A stretch of 64,000 nucleotides of DNA. Origin: Spirochaetales bacterium. GTDB taxonomy: Bacteria > Spirochaetota > Spirochaetia > Sphaerochaetales > Sphaerochaetaceae. The notes below the pieces were generated by a model that was not told the DNA's origin, did not search any database, and was given only the letters and a program-made list of their open reading frames with translations. Each line of letters begins with the position of its first letter. Position 1 is the stretch's first letter. A program made the translations under genes and the position numbers. The stretch spans positions 5,161 through 69,160 of the forward strand of contig JAAYIV010000141.1 of the NCBI GenBank assembly GCA_012523305.1, written 5' to 3'. This document shows, piece by piece, positions 38,906 to 48,707 of the stretch.

Positions 38906-39411
38906 TGGAACCGTTACTTGCCACCGGTGTTCTGAAAGGTACGTACGGTGTAGAAGGGTATATTAAATTCCACAGCTTTTCTGAAGAATACCAACATCTT
39001 CTGCAATTGCAGGAAGTGTTGCTTCGGCACAAAGCCAATGAGAAACAAGTGGTGATCGATACCGTTCGGATCAAAGGGAATGACATCCATATCAAATTCG
39101 TTGGTATCGATACCCCTGAAGAAGCCCGGTTGCTTTCGGGATGGGAAGTGTGGATACCGAGAAGCAAGGCAGCGTTGCTTGAAGAAGGTGAGTATTATGC
39201 AGCCGACTTCATCGGTTGCCACATCTTGGTCGACAAAAAACAAGTGGGAGAGGTAATTTCTACTATTGACGGACCACAGGCCTTGTTGCTTGAAGTACGG
39301 ATTACTATGGATAATAGAGTCTGTCTGATTCCTTTCATGGACCGGTATGTCGGAACTGTCGATTTGAGAAATAAGGAGCTCGAGTTGCTCGAGCCGATGT
39401 TATTGTCATGA
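38905..39411 (+). CDS. rimM: 16S rRNA processing protein RimM
   Basis: It shows the G.V.G..G..G.IK.. pattern (GVLKGTYGVEGYIKFHSF), is 168 aa and holds the conserved operon position. Confidence 0.9.
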   Translation: MEPLLATGVLKGTYGVEGYIKFHSFSEEYQHLLQLQEVLLRHKANEKQVVIDTVRIKGNDIHIKFVGIDTPEEARLLSGWEVWIPRSKAALLEEGEYYAADFIGCHILVDKKQVGEVISTIDGPQALLLEVRITMDNRVCLIPFMDRYVGTVDLRNKELELLEPMLLS

Positions 39412-40169
39412 AATTCAGTATCCTGACATTGTTTCCAGAAATAATTGAAAGTTTTTTCACGACATCGATCATGGCCAGAAGCGTTGCGAGTGACACAATT
39501 AGTTATGATGTGGTAAATTTCCGTGATTACGCGACAGATAAACACAAGACGTGCGACGATGCTCCGTACGGCGGGGGAGCCGGCATGGTACTGAAACCTG
39601 AGCCGCTGGGCAGTGCGTTGGATGCGATACAAGCGAAAAACAAGCGTGTCATCTATCCGACTCCTTCGGGGAAACGTTTCACCCAAGCATATGCACGGGA
39701 GTTGAGTAAAGAAGATCAGCTTGTTATTATCTGTGGACGATATGAAGGTATTGACCAAAGAATCATAGATTTGTATGTTGATGACGAGATTTGTATTGGC
39801 GACTATGTAATCTCATCCGGGGAAGTCGCGGCATTGGTGATCGTAGATGCCGTGTATCGTCTTGTTGACGGGGTAATCAGCGACGAATCGTTGGAAGAAG
39901 AAAGTTTTACGGACGGTTTGTTGGAATATCCTCAATATACGCGACCCGCAACCTATTGCGGAATTGACGTTCCTGAGATATTATTGTCGGGTCATCATGC
40001 CCAGATAGGGCAATGGCGCTTCAAGAAGCGTCTGGAGAAAACATTCCGTAACAGGCCGGAGTTGCTCCAGGACATGCCTCTTGATGAAAATTCGAAACGA
40101 ATTCTTGAAGAGTTGAAACTATACAGTGCGAAGGGGACCGAAGATTATGGATGTGATCAGGGCAATTGA
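39408..40169 (+). CDS. trmD: tRNA (guanine37-N1)-methyltransferase TrmD
   Basis: [48 protein letters not shown] and YPQYTRP are present. Confidence 0.95.
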   Translation: MKFSILTLFPEIIESFFTTSIMARSVASDTISYDVVNFRDYATDKHKTCDDAPYGGGAGMVLKPEPLGSALDAIQAKNKRVIYPTPSGKRFTQAYARELSKEDQLVIICGRYEGIDQRIIDLYVDDEICIGDYVISSGEVAALVIVDAVYRLVDGVISDESLEEESFTDGLLEYPQYTRPATYCGIDVPEILLSGHHAQIGQWRFKKRLEKTFRNRPELLQDMPLDENSKRILEELKLYSAKGTEDYGCDQGN

Positions 40170-40509
40170 ATCTGAACAAATGAAAGAAAATGCTGTGAAC
40201 TTTCACGTTGGTGACACAGTAAAAGTACATTTTACCATTAAAGAGGGCGAGAAAGAGAGAATCCAGGTGTATGAAGGATTGGTCATTGCCATAAAAAATG
40301 GTGGAATCCGAAAGACGTTTATCGTCCGTAAAATATCGTATGGAGTTGGTGTTGAACGAATTTTCCCTGTCCATTCTCCACGTATTGAAAAGATCGATGT
40401 GGTTCGCCGCGGTCGTGTAAGAAGGGCAAAGTTGTACTACATCAGGACGAAAATCGGAAAAGCAGCAAAGATTCCAGAGCTTATTATCAGGAAACGGCCA
40501 ACCGTTTAA
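40147..40509 (+). CDS. rplS: 50S ribosomal protein L19
   Basis: [35 protein letters not shown]...[28 protein letters not shown] is present. ATG 40147 is chosen. The ORF track extends upstream into trmD. Confidence 0.95.
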   Translation: MDVIRAIESEQMKENAVNFHVGDTVKVHFTIKEGEKERIQVYEGLVIAIKNGGIRKTFIVRKISYGVGVERIFPVHSPRIEKIDVVRRGRVRRAKLYYIRTKIGKAAKIPELIIRKRPTV

Positions 40510-40526
40510 TTCTCCATGCTATTGCG

Positions 40527-40553
40527 AAAACGGGTGCAAAGGCACCCGTTTTT
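40527..40553 (+). terminator. Rho-independent terminator after rplS
   Basis: AAAACGGGTGC-aaag-GCACCCGTTTTT. Confidence 0.85.
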
Positions 40554-40653
40554 CATGAAAACAAGCTACATATCTCGTACCAATCTGTAGTTGCATTGCA
40601 ACCTTAAGCCAATTGCATTATGATGGTTTGGTATCTTGATAAGGAGTGATTGA

Positions 40654-41106
40654 ATGAGTAACGGGCAGGAACGTCCAGTCAAACAATTAAAAAACCGCAA
40701 GAACAGGAAAAAAAAATCTAAGAATCCTGAGCAGCAAGCGCTTAAGAATCAAAAAACTAGACACCCTGTCAAAAAAACAGGTGAGGATGAACCGCAGATT
40801 ATCGTTCCACGGATTCATGAACCGACACCGACATGCGCTCTCTGCGGTAAACCGATCGATTCGATAGCCCAATCGATAGGAGGACCCGAACCCGAAACAT
40901 TCAACCACTTTGATTGCGTATTGCGAAAGATAGCCGATGAGGAACATGTTGTTCCTCCCCAAAAAGTATCATATATCGGCAGGGGCACGTTCGCTGTCAT
41001 CGAGATGAAGGATGACAAGACTTTTTCAATTGTGAAGCGGATTCCATATGAAAGCCCCGATACCTTCAGCTTCATGAAAAAATACGTGGAGAGTAAGAAA
41101 AGGTGA
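40654..41106 (+). CDS. Hypothetical protein with a Lys/Arg-rich N-terminus and a CxxC...HxxC motif
   Basis: 150 aa. The highly basic first ~45 residues are followed by CALCGKPI...HFDCV. GGAG precedes the ATG. The 3' end overlaps the coaD ORF. Confidence 0.5.
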   Translation: MSNGQERPVKQLKNRKNRKKKSKNPEQQALKNQKTRHPVKKTGEDEPQIIVPRIHEPTPTCALCGKPIDSIAQSIGGPEPETFNHFDCVLRKIADEEHVVPPQKVSYIGRGTFAVIEMKDDKTFSIVKRIPYESPDTFSFMKKYVESKKR

Positions 41107-41108
41107 AA

Positions 41109-41615
41109 ATGTATCGTAATAATGCCAGCAGTCTGAAAGCTATGTTACCTGGAACATTCGATCCGCCCACCAACGGCCATATGAATCTGATTGAGCGTTC
41201 AGCGAAAATATTCGATTCGATAGCGGTCGTCGTTGCGGACAATATCTCAAAAAAATGTCTGTTCACAGCCGACGAACGCCTTTCAATGTTGAAAGAACTT
41301 CTCAAAGAGTATGACAATGTTGAAGTTGTGGTCTGGAATGGATTGATTGTCGATTTTGCCAAGCAGCACAACATTTCAGTCATGATTCGAGGAGTACGGG
41401 CGCTGGTGGATTTCGGTTATGAATTTGAATTAGCGATGACAAATAAGCAATTGCTGCCTGAATTGGAAGTTATGTTCATGCCAACTGATCCGAAATTTTT
41501 TGTTTTACGCTCTTCAGCGATAAAAGAAATGGCAGCGTTCGGAGCTGATATAAGCAAGATGGTTCCTGAATTGGTAGCCCAAAAACTCGTTGGCAGAATG
41601 AAGATGTTGACATGA
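41109..41615 (+). CDS. coaD: Phosphopantetheine adenylyltransferase
   Basis: PGTFDPPTNGHMNLIERS and MIRGVRALVDFGYEFELAMTN are present. The start is uncertain (GTG 41103, ATG 41109 or ATG 41142). Confidence 0.9.
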   Translation: MYRNNASSLKAMLPGTFDPPTNGHMNLIERSAKIFDSIAVVVADNISKKCLFTADERLSMLKELLKEYDNVEVVVWNGLIVDFAKQHNISVMIRGVRALVDFGYEFELAMTNKQLLPELEVMFMPTDPKFFVLRSSAIKEMAAFGADISKMVPELVAQKLVGRMKMLT

Positions 41616-41669
41616 AACGGTAATTTCGTTATTCTCACAAGAGTATAATTTGGATGAAGGGGATAAAAT

Positions 41670-41858
41670 ATGGCAGTACCTAAACATAAGACTTCAAAAG
41701 CTAGCGCTGCTTCGAGAAAAGCTGCAAACATGCGTTTGGCTGCACCGACACTCAGCGTATGCGGCACCTGTGGCAATCTCGTAGTGGCCCATAGGGTTTG
41801 CCCAAAATGCGGGTTTTACCGCGGCAAACAGATAATCGAGCAAGAGAAAATGGTTTGA
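41670..41858 (+). CDS. rpmF: 50S ribosomal protein L32
   Basis: MAVPKHKTSKA....CGTCGN...HRVCPKCGFY is present. Confidence 0.95.
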   Translation: MAVPKHKTSKASAASRKAANMRLAAPTLSVCGTCGNLVVAHRVCPKCGFYRGKQIIEQEKMV

Positions 41859-41896
41859 CCGTTTACTTTGACGATTAATTGAATGAGGAGAAACCA

Positions 41897-42139
41897 ATGG
41901 ATTCAAATGCTGTTTTTGAGAAAGTAAAAAAACTGATTGCCGAGAAACTTGAGATTGATGAAAGCCGCATCAACATGAATTCTTCCTTCCGCAAGGATTT
42001 GGGAGCGGATAGCCTTGATACTTACGAACTCGTTTATGCCATCGAAGAGGAATTGGGTGTTTCAATCCCCGATGAGAAAGCCAATGAGTTCGAAACGGTC
42101 AAGGATGCCGTCGAGTTCCTTGCAAAACTTTTGAAATAA
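41897..42139 (+). CDS. acpP: Acyl carrier protein
   Basis: The phosphopantetheine attachment motif LGADSLDTYELV is present. 80 aa counted from ATG 41897, which follows GAGGAG. Confidence 0.95.
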   Translation: MDSNAVFEKVKKLIAEKLEIDESRINMNSSFRKDLGADSLDTYELVYAIEEELGVSIPDEKANEFETVKDAVEFLAKLLK

Positions 42140-42155
42140 CAGATACGAATTATTC

Positions 42156-42908
42156 ATGTCAGTTTTTTCAAAAGTCCAGGCATTTGGTAAAGCTCCCGAC
42201 ATCTCGAATGAGAGAAAACGGGAGCTTCTTTTATTCCAAAAACAAGCCGATATTAAATTTAAGAACCTAGATTTGCTCAATCTTGCTTTCACCCACAGAT
42301 CATTTGCCAATGAGACTCATGCGGATGTCGACAGTAATGAACGGCTTGAATTCCTCGGTGACAGCGTGTTGGGTCTGGTGGTCGCCGATTGGTTGTTCAC
42401 CAGTCTTCCGAATCTCGATGAAGGTGATTTTTCACGAATCAAATCGTTCGTCGTAAGCGAGGAGAGTCTTGCGATCGTAGCGAAACAATTGCGTGTCGAC
42501 AATTTCATCATCATAGGGAAGGGTGAAGAGTATTCCGGAGGACGCTCGAAAAAAGCTTTGCTAGCCGACTGTGTTGAGGCAATTTTCGGAGCATATTACC
42601 TTGATGTCGGATTCAAGAGTGCGCAAGAATTCATCCAACGCCTGATGATTCCTGTGATCCAGAGCGTGTTGCAAAACAAACACCGAAAGGATTATAAAAC
42701 CCTTCTACAAGAATATGTGCAAAAGAAATACAAAACATACCCAAAATATGATTTGGTAAAACGAACGGGTCCTGAGCATGAAAATACCTTCTGGGTAGAG
42801 GTTACCGTCCACAAAAATACGTATGGACCGGCTTCGGGACCAAACAAGAAAGAAGCCGAACAGTCTGCTGCAAAAATCGCTTATGATGAACTGTGCGACG
42901 ATCGTTAG
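42156..42908 (+). CDS. rnc: Ribonuclease III
   Basis: The signature NERLEFLGDSVL and the C-terminal dsRBD (GPEHENTFWVEV...GPNKKEAEQSAA) are present. Confidence 0.95.
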   Translation: MSVFSKVQAFGKAPDISNERKRELLLFQKQADIKFKNLDLLNLAFTHRSFANETHADVDSNERLEFLGDSVLGLVVADWLFTSLPNLDEGDFSRIKSFVVSEESLAIVAKQLRVDNFIIIGKGEEYSGGRSKKALLADCVEAIFGAYYLDVGFKSAQEFIQRLMIPVIQSVLQNKHRKDYKTLLQEYVQKKYKTYPKYDLVKRTGPEHENTFWVEVTVHKNTYGPASGPNKKEAEQSAAKIAYDELCDDR

Positions 42909-44266
42909 GACCCTCGTACATTCATTCTGTTTTCATAGAATTTCCTAGCTATCTCCAACAAGCGGTCTTTCGTGTTTTGTCCGGGATCGTCAAGCACTGT
43001 ATCAAGCAATTCCTGAAACACGATGCCCATCTCGGGACCTTTGGGTATTCCATGAGCTGATAAATCATTTCCATTGACCGCAAGATCTTTTAGGGTAAGC
43101 ACATCACTTTTAGATAACACATCAGCAATTCGTTTTTGAAATAACATGATATGGGAAAAATCATTGCTTCCGGTGGTGGCGATCTGATCGGCTTTGCGTA
43201 CATCAAAAAGATCTTGGAGCGCGGTTTTTCCTATGCGATTCACAAACCGTCGTACGGCACCGTCGGTCCAATCTGAACTGTAATGGAACATATGGTGAAA
43301 AATCAGGTTCAATACGGTGTCCTGTTCTTGGTTTGAACAATGCAGCCGGTCGAGAATTATCTTGGACAATTCGGTTGAATATACCTCATGACGGTAAAAG
43401 GTCGGACGTTCTCCATCGTGGTCGACCTTAGCCGTCACCTTGCCAATATCGTGAAGCAACGCGGCAAACCTTACCAGAGGCTTTTCCTTCGGAACAGCGT
43501 CGCAAGCTAAAAGGCTATGATCGAAGACATCGTGACGATGCATCCCTTTTTGCTCGACACCCTTGCAAGCATCAAGTTCGGGTAAGATGATCTTCAAAGC
43601 GGAGCATTCTTGCAATAGATGTATTCCTTTTGAAGGTTTGTCCGATGCTAATATCTTGAACAATTCACTTTTGATTCGTTCGCCTGAGATTCTAGAAAGA
43701 TTTCTACTAAGTTCTTTCATCGAAGAAAAGGTCCGCTCTTCAATGCTAAAGCCCAATTGGCAAGCAAACCTGCAACCCCGAACAATTCTGAGAGCGTCCT
43801 CTGAAAATCGCAAAGCAGGATCACCGATTGCACATATACTTTTCTGTCTGAGATGTCGCATTCCTTCGTGAAAATCGATCAGTGCCCCTGTTCGGGCATC
43901 CACTGCCAAAGCATTTATCGTAAAATCCCTTCTTTTGAGGTCTTCTTCCAGTGAACGCACGAATTCAACTGATGTCGGTCGCCTGCCGTCATGATACTCT
44001 CCGTCCACCCTGAACGTGGTGACCTCATACGAAGCCCCTTTGAATAGAACGGTGACCGTGCCATGCTGGATACCGGTGGGAATGACTGCCCTGAACAGTT
44101 GTTTCACTTCTTCGGGCAAAGCGTCCGTAGCAAAATCGTAATCATCGTTTCGTCGATTCAGATAGTAATCCCTTACCGCTCCGCCGACGATATAAAGAGA
44201 GAATCCTGCATTAATAAAAAATTCAGAAAATTGTCTTATGTTTTTAGGAACCGGGAACCGAATCAT
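42905..44266 (-). CDS. cca: Class II tRNA nucleotidyltransferase (CCA-adding type) with HD domain
   Basis: YIVGGAVRDYYL, DYDFAT, the RRDFTINA motif and a C-terminal HD (AALLHDIGK) are present. Confidence 0.85.
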   Translation of the reverse strand: MIRFPVPKNIRQFSEFFINAGFSLYIVGGAVRDYYLNRRNDDYDFATDALPEEVKQLFRAVIPTGIQHGTVTVLFKGASYEVTTFRVDGEYHDGRRPTSVEFVRSLEEDLKRRDFTINALAVDARTGALIDFHEGMRHLRQKSICAIGDPALRFSEDALRIVRGCRFACQLGFSIEERTFSSMKELSRNLSRISGERIKSELFKILASDKPSKGIHLLQECSALKIILPELDACKGVEQKGMHRHDVFDHSLLACDAVPKEKPLVRFAALLHDIGKVTAKVDHDGERPTFYRHEVYSTELSKIILDRLHCSNQEQDTVLNLIFHHMFHYSSDWTDGAVRRFVNRIGKTALQDLFDVRKADQIATTGSNDFSHIMLFQKRIADVLSKSDVLTLKDLAVNGNDLSAHGIPKGPEMGIVFQELLDTVLDDPGQNTKDRLLEIARKFYENRMNVRGS

Positions 44267-44308
44267 GTGTGCATGCTACTTGCCTACGATGTCTATTGTC
44301 AATACTGA

Positions 44309-44337
44309 TTGAATATACTGGAAGAAATGACTATAGT
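44309..44337 (+). promoter_or_regulatory. Candidate sigma-70 promoter for ileS
   Basis: TTGAAT-17 nt-TATAGT lies about 60 nt upstream of ATG 44398. Confidence 0.4.
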
Positions 44338-44397
44338 GGGCACAAGACACCAAGATGTTGGTTAGTCGTCGATTCCCATACAATAGGAGCTATGTTC

Positions 44398-47300
44398 ATG
44401 TTTCAACCGGTTGATCCAAAGACAGATTTTCCCAAGATGGAAGAAGCAATCCAGAAATTCTGGGAAGATAAAGACATATATAGGAAATCAGTAGAAAACA
44501 GAAGTCCGGATAATGAATATGTGTTTTATGACGGACCTCCGTTTGCCACCGGACTTCCCCATTACGGACATCTTGTTCCTGGAACGATCAAGGACCTGTA
44601 TCCCCGTTATCAAACGATGAAGGGCAAACGGGTCAACCGACGGTTTGGATGGGATTGTCATGGCCTTCCGGTTGAATACGAGATGGAAAAAATTCTCAAC
44701 ATCCGGGGCCACAAGGCTGTTCAGGAATATGGAGTGGCAAAATTCAATGAGCAATGCCGGTCAATCGTCTTGCGCTATACGTCCGAATGGAAGGCTACCA
44801 TCAATCGAATGGGCCGTTGGGTCGATTTCGAGAATGGCTACCGGACGATGGACACCGACTATATGGAAACCATCTGGTGGGTATTCGCAACGTTATATAA
44901 AAAAGGTCTTATCTACGAAGGCTATAACATCCTGCCATACAGTGCGGCGTTGGCGACTCCGTTATCAAATTTCGAAGTAAATCTCGGCGGGTACCAAGAT
45001 GTTTCCGATCCGGCGATTACCGTTCGGTTTAAACTCGACGGGACCGATGACACATACATGCTGGCGTGGACTACTACGCCATGGACATTACCTTCGAATC
45101 TCGCATTGGCATTAGGTCCTGAAATCGATTATGTAAAAGTAAAGGACCTGCAAAGCAATGAGTATTACATCCTTGGTGAGGCCAGGCTTTCTCATTATTA
45201 TCGTGATTCTTCACTGTATGAAATCATTCAACGCTACAAAGGTTCAGAATTGGCAGGATTGCGCTATGAACCGTTGTTCCCGTTCTTCGCCGATTTGAAA
45301 GAGACAGGGGCGTTCTTGACCGTGCTTGGAGACTATGTGACCATCGAAGATGGTTGCGGAATCGTACACACCGCACCCGGATTTGGTGAAGATGACTATC
45401 AAGTGTTGAAAGGAACCGGGATTCCGGTTGTTTGCCCGATTGATGACGACTGTCGCTTTACCGATGAAGTATCCCTGTGGTCGGGAGTTTTTGTCAAAGA
45501 TGCGGACAAATCGATTATCGATTGGCTCAAGAATAACGGTAAGTTGATCAAGAAGGAAACCATCGTCCACAGTTATCCTTTCTGTTACCGCACCCATACT
45601 CCCTTGATCTACCGTGCAATGGCATGTTGGTATGTTGACGTTAATAAATTGAAGCAAGCGATGCTCGATGCAAATGAGCAGATTGAGTGGATACCTAGTC
45701 ACCTCAAGCATGGAAGATTCGGCAAATGGCTCGAAGGAGCGAGAGATTGGGCTATCAGTAGAAACAGATTCTGGGGCAACCCGATTCCTGTCTGGAAATC
45801 TGACGGCTCTGAGTATGTCCAGGTCATCGAGTCAATTGACGAACTTGAGAAGCATAGTGGAATACGGGTTACCGATCTTCACAAACACTTTGTCGATGAT
45901 ATTACCTGGCCGAGTCCCGACGGAAAAGGTACCATGCACCGAATTCCAGACGTGTTGGATTGTTGGTTTGAATCTGGCTCAATGCCTTATGCACAGAATC
46001 ATTACCCGTTCGACAATAAGGAATTCGTCGAATCGCATTTTCCCGGTGATTTTATTTGTGAAGGATTGGATCAGACAAGAGGCTGGTTTTATACGCTCGT
46101 AATCATCGGTGCTGCATTGTTTGATAAGCCCGCGTTCTATAACTGCGTTACGAACGGGATTGTCCTTACCGCCGATGGAAAGAAGATGTCAAAATCGTTG
46201 AAGAACTATTCGGATCCGATGGAGATAGTGAATCAATACGGAGCCGATGCATTGCGGTTTGCACTGATGAACAGTGCGGTCACACGTGCGGAAGACTTGA
46301 GATTCTCCGAAGATATCGTAAAGGAAGTATTAAAAATCCTCATCATTCCGCTGTGGAACGCCTATTCTTTTTTCGTAACATACGCACAGATAGACGGTTG
46401 GGAACCTAAGGATGATAAAATGGCATCTCAATCTGACAATCCGATGGACAGGTGGATCCTTTCTGCATGTGAATCGTTGGTCAGTGAGGTGACCGAAGCT
46501 TGGGATCATTACGAAACGCAGCGCGGTTGCCAGGCAATCGTCGCATTTATCGATTCTTTGAACAACTGGTATATCAGAAGAAGCCGCCGTCGATTCTGGC
46601 GATCTGAAAACGATACCGATAAGGCGATGGCTTACAACACATTGTACACAGTGCTGCTGAAGTTCATCCACATCGCCGCGCCGGTAATACCTTTCACTAC
46701 CGAAGCGATCTATCAAAATCTAAAAACAGCAAACATGGCAGAATCAATCCATCTAGGAAACTATCCCGCATATGATGAAACCCTTCGGGATGAAGCGTTG
46801 GAAAAAACAATGGCCTTGACTCAAAAAGCTATAACAATAGGTCGTTCCCTGCGTTCTTCCCACAATCTGAAAATTCGTCAACCGTTAAAGAAACTCGTGC
46901 TGGTAACCAGGGAACAAGACGAGAGGGATATCCTGTTGAGCATGCAATCGACCATTGCAGAAGAACTCAATGTAAAAGAAGTGGCGGTGCGACACGATGA
47001 GTCGGATTTGGTTTCTTATCAGGCAAAAGCGAACTTTAAAGTACTGGGAAGCACACTCGGAAAACATATGAAGTCCGTCGCTGCCAGCATCCAGCAACTC
47101 GACAGTGAAACGATAGGCAATATCCTGGATGGTAACAAGATCTCCGTGTACTACGAAGATCATTCGATTGAAATTGGAATCGATGAAATCGTGGTACAAC
47201 GCAACGAGCGCGAACATATGAAGGTCATGAACGAAGGGACGCTGACCGTTGGCTTCGATACCGAGGTAACTCATGAATTGTTATTGGAAGGTATTGCCAG

Positions 47301-47532
47301 GGACATCGTACGATCCGTTCAAAATTTGAGGAAGGATAGCGGTTTTGATGTCGCAGACAGAATCAAGTTATATATCCATGGTGATGAGTTGATAAAAGAA
47401 AGTGTTCAATTGTTCGGACCATATATTTCTTCCGAAACATTAGCAGATGAGTTATTGTTTGAAATATCGGACGATAGTATTGAAACGGAATGTGGTGATG
47501 CTTCAGCGAGGTTAGCAGTCAGGAGATTGTAA
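44398..47532 (+). CDS. ileS: Isoleucyl-tRNA synthetase (long, type-2-like form)
   Basis: The class I motifs PHYGH (HIGH-type) and KMSKS are present, with a CP1 editing insertion. About 1044 aa counted from ATG 44398, which lies 8 nt after AGGAG. The ORF track extends upstream to 44269. Confidence 0.95.
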   Translation: MFQPVDPKTDFPKMEEAIQKFWEDKDIYRKSVENRSPDNEYVFYDGPPFATGLPHYGHLVPGTIKDLYPRYQTMKGKRVNRRFGWDCHGLPVEYEMEKILNIRGHKAVQEYGVAKFNEQCRSIVLRYTSEWKATINRMGRWVDFENGYRTMDTDYMETIWWVFATLYKKGLIYEGYNILPYSAALATPLSNFEVNLGGYQDVSDPAITVRFKLDGTDDTYMLAWTTTPWTLPSNLALALGPEIDYVKVKDLQSNEYYILGEARLSHYYRDSSLYEIIQRYKGSELAGLRYEPLFPFFADLKETGAFLTVLGDYVTIEDGCGIVHTAPGFGEDDYQVLKGTGIPVVCPIDDDCRFTDEVSLWSGVFVKDADKSIIDWLKNNGKLIKKETIVHSYPFCYRTHTPLIYRAMACWYVDVNKLKQAMLDANEQIEWIPSHLKHGRFGKWLEGARDWAISRNRFWGNPIPVWKSDGSEYVQVIESIDELEKHSGIRVTDLHKHFVDDITWPSPDGKGTMHRIPDVLDCWFESGSMPYAQNHYPFDNKEFVESHFPGDFICEGLDQTRGWFYTLVIIGAALFDKPAFYNCVTNGIVLTADGKKMSKSLKNYSDPMEIVNQYGADALRFALMNSAVTRAEDLRFSEDIVKEVLKILIIPLWNAYSFFVTYAQIDGWEPKDDKMASQSDNPMDRWILSACESLVSEVTEAWDHYETQRGCQAIVAFIDSLNNWYIRRSRRRFWRSENDTDKAMAYNTLYTVLLKFIHIAAPVIPFTTEAIYQNLKTANMAESIHLGNYPAYDETLRDEALEKTMALTQKAITIGRSLRSSHNLKIRQPLKKLVLVTREQDERDILLSMQSTIAEELNVKEVAVRHDESDLVSYQAKANFKVLGSTLGKHMKSVAASIQQLDSETIGNILDGNKISVYYEDHSIEIGIDEIVVQRNEREHMKVMNEGTLTVGFDTEVTHELLLEGIARDIVRSVQNLRKDSGFDVADRIKLYIHGDELIKESVQLFGPYISSETLADELLFEISDDSIETECGDASARLAVRRL

Positions 47533-47534
47533 TA

Positions 47535-48479
47535 TTGAAACAGAGGTGGCCATTTCTAGCACTGATATTTTCAGCACTTTTACTTATCTCAAGTTGTCGG
47601 ACCACCTCGTTTTTCAAAGAAGAACCCTACTTTTCCGCAATGGGAGAACCTTCACATCTCGTGATCACGATGGACATGCAGAAGGGCAGGGAGTTACTTG
47701 GTGATCAGTCGCTCTCACAAGACGTTGATCCGGCGGTAAGTCAGCTGCTTGATCGAACCGATCGAATTTCTATTTCTCTTTATGATCCCAATGCCACCGA
47801 AGAAGAGAGAACCGAAAAAGTAGATCTGTCTGCCTATGCATACTTCGGGGGACTCGAGGGGAACTATCCGCGTTTCATCACGAATACGGCACTTCTCTGG
47901 TCTCCGGGGTGGGAAAAGATTGAGAACGACAAAACCCATTACTTCACAAATGATATGATGGGATTATATGCCGCCGTACCGAAAAGCGGACTATTGTTAT
48001 TTTCAAACAGCGATTATATGGAAGCCTATGAGAAAACCTATGCACATCGAACAACATTGATAGATGCTTCTTCCGCAGCGAAAATGCAAAAGGCTATGTT
48101 TGGATTCTATGCAAATTCACCGCAGGCCATGATTGATATCGGCCTCGATATTCCGCTTAGCGTCCTGCTTCAAATGAACAGCATATTGTTCGTAATCGAG
48201 TCTTCAGCTGACGGGAACCCGATCTTGAACGGAACGATTGTGATGAAGAATGCAAAATTGGCAAATTCACTTAACATTTTACTGAAAACTTCGTATATTT
48301 CGGAAAAGAGGCGTAATAAGTTGCCTCTTGGAGATCTGACAAATCTTTTCATTCTCAATGAAGATGCCGTAGAGATTACGGGTATGGCGTTATCGCAGGC
48401 CCAACTCGTCGGTTTTTCAAGAATGTTCGATGTGTTATTTCAAACAGCCGGAGGAAGTGACCAACATGCCAATTTATGA
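47535..48479 (+). CDS. Putative lipoprotein, function unknown
   Basis: The signal peptide MKQRWPFLALIFSALLLISSC has a lipobox-like Cys. The start is TTG. I recognise no catalytic motifs. Confidence 0.6.
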   Translation: MKQRWPFLALIFSALLLISSCRTTSFFKEEPYFSAMGEPSHLVITMDMQKGRELLGDQSLSQDVDPAVSQLLDRTDRISISLYDPNATEEERTEKVDLSAYAYFGGLEGNYPRFITNTALLWSPGWEKIENDKTHYFTNDMMGLYAAVPKSGLLLFSNSDYMEAYEKTYAHRTTLIDASSAAKMQKAMFGFYANSPQAMIDIGLDIPLSVLLQMNSILFVIESSADGNPILNGTIVMKNAKLANSLNILLKTSYISEKRRNKLPLGDLTNLFILNEDAVEITGMALSQAQLVGFSRMFDVLFQTAGGSDQHANL

Positions 48480-48696
48480 ATATGAGTGCGATTCATGCCT
48501 CAATCACTTTGAACTACAACAGAGCATGAAGGATGAACCGTTGCAAACCTGCCCGAATTGCGGAGCCAAGGTACGCCGGATTTTCGGTTTGAATTCAGTG
48601 ATTTTTAAAGGGACCGGATTCTATTGCACCGACACGAAGACAAAAACAGAGCCGAGCTGTCCGAATAAAGAATCCTGCAGTGCCTGCAATCCCTGA
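48466..48696 (+). CDS. FmdB/CxxC_CxxC_SSSS-family zinc-ribbon protein
   Basis: MPIYEYECDSC....CPNCG is the hallmark N-terminus of this family. GGAGGAAG precedes the ATG. Confidence 0.8.
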   Translation: MPIYEYECDSCLNHFELQQSMKDEPLQTCPNCGAKVRRIFGLNSVIFKGTGFYCTDTKTKTEPSCPNKESCSACNP

Positions 48697-48707
48697 CTCA
48701 CCATAAA

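Noticed and set aside
44267-44397. A possible T-box or attenuator leader upstream of ileS.
   Set aside because: Only about 60 nt separates the candidate promoter from the ATG. There is no T-box consensus, no specifier-loop architecture and no terminator/antiterminator pair.
44269-44397. N-terminal extensions suggested by the ORF track: ileS from 44269, rnfC from 58525, the ABC-F gene from 28047, the cysteine desulfurase to 51133 and the M29 paralog to 32999.
   Set aside because: The extensions have no homology-like sequence and run into promoters, terminators or divergent genes. Internal ATGs with Shine-Dalgarno motifs give canonical N-termini.
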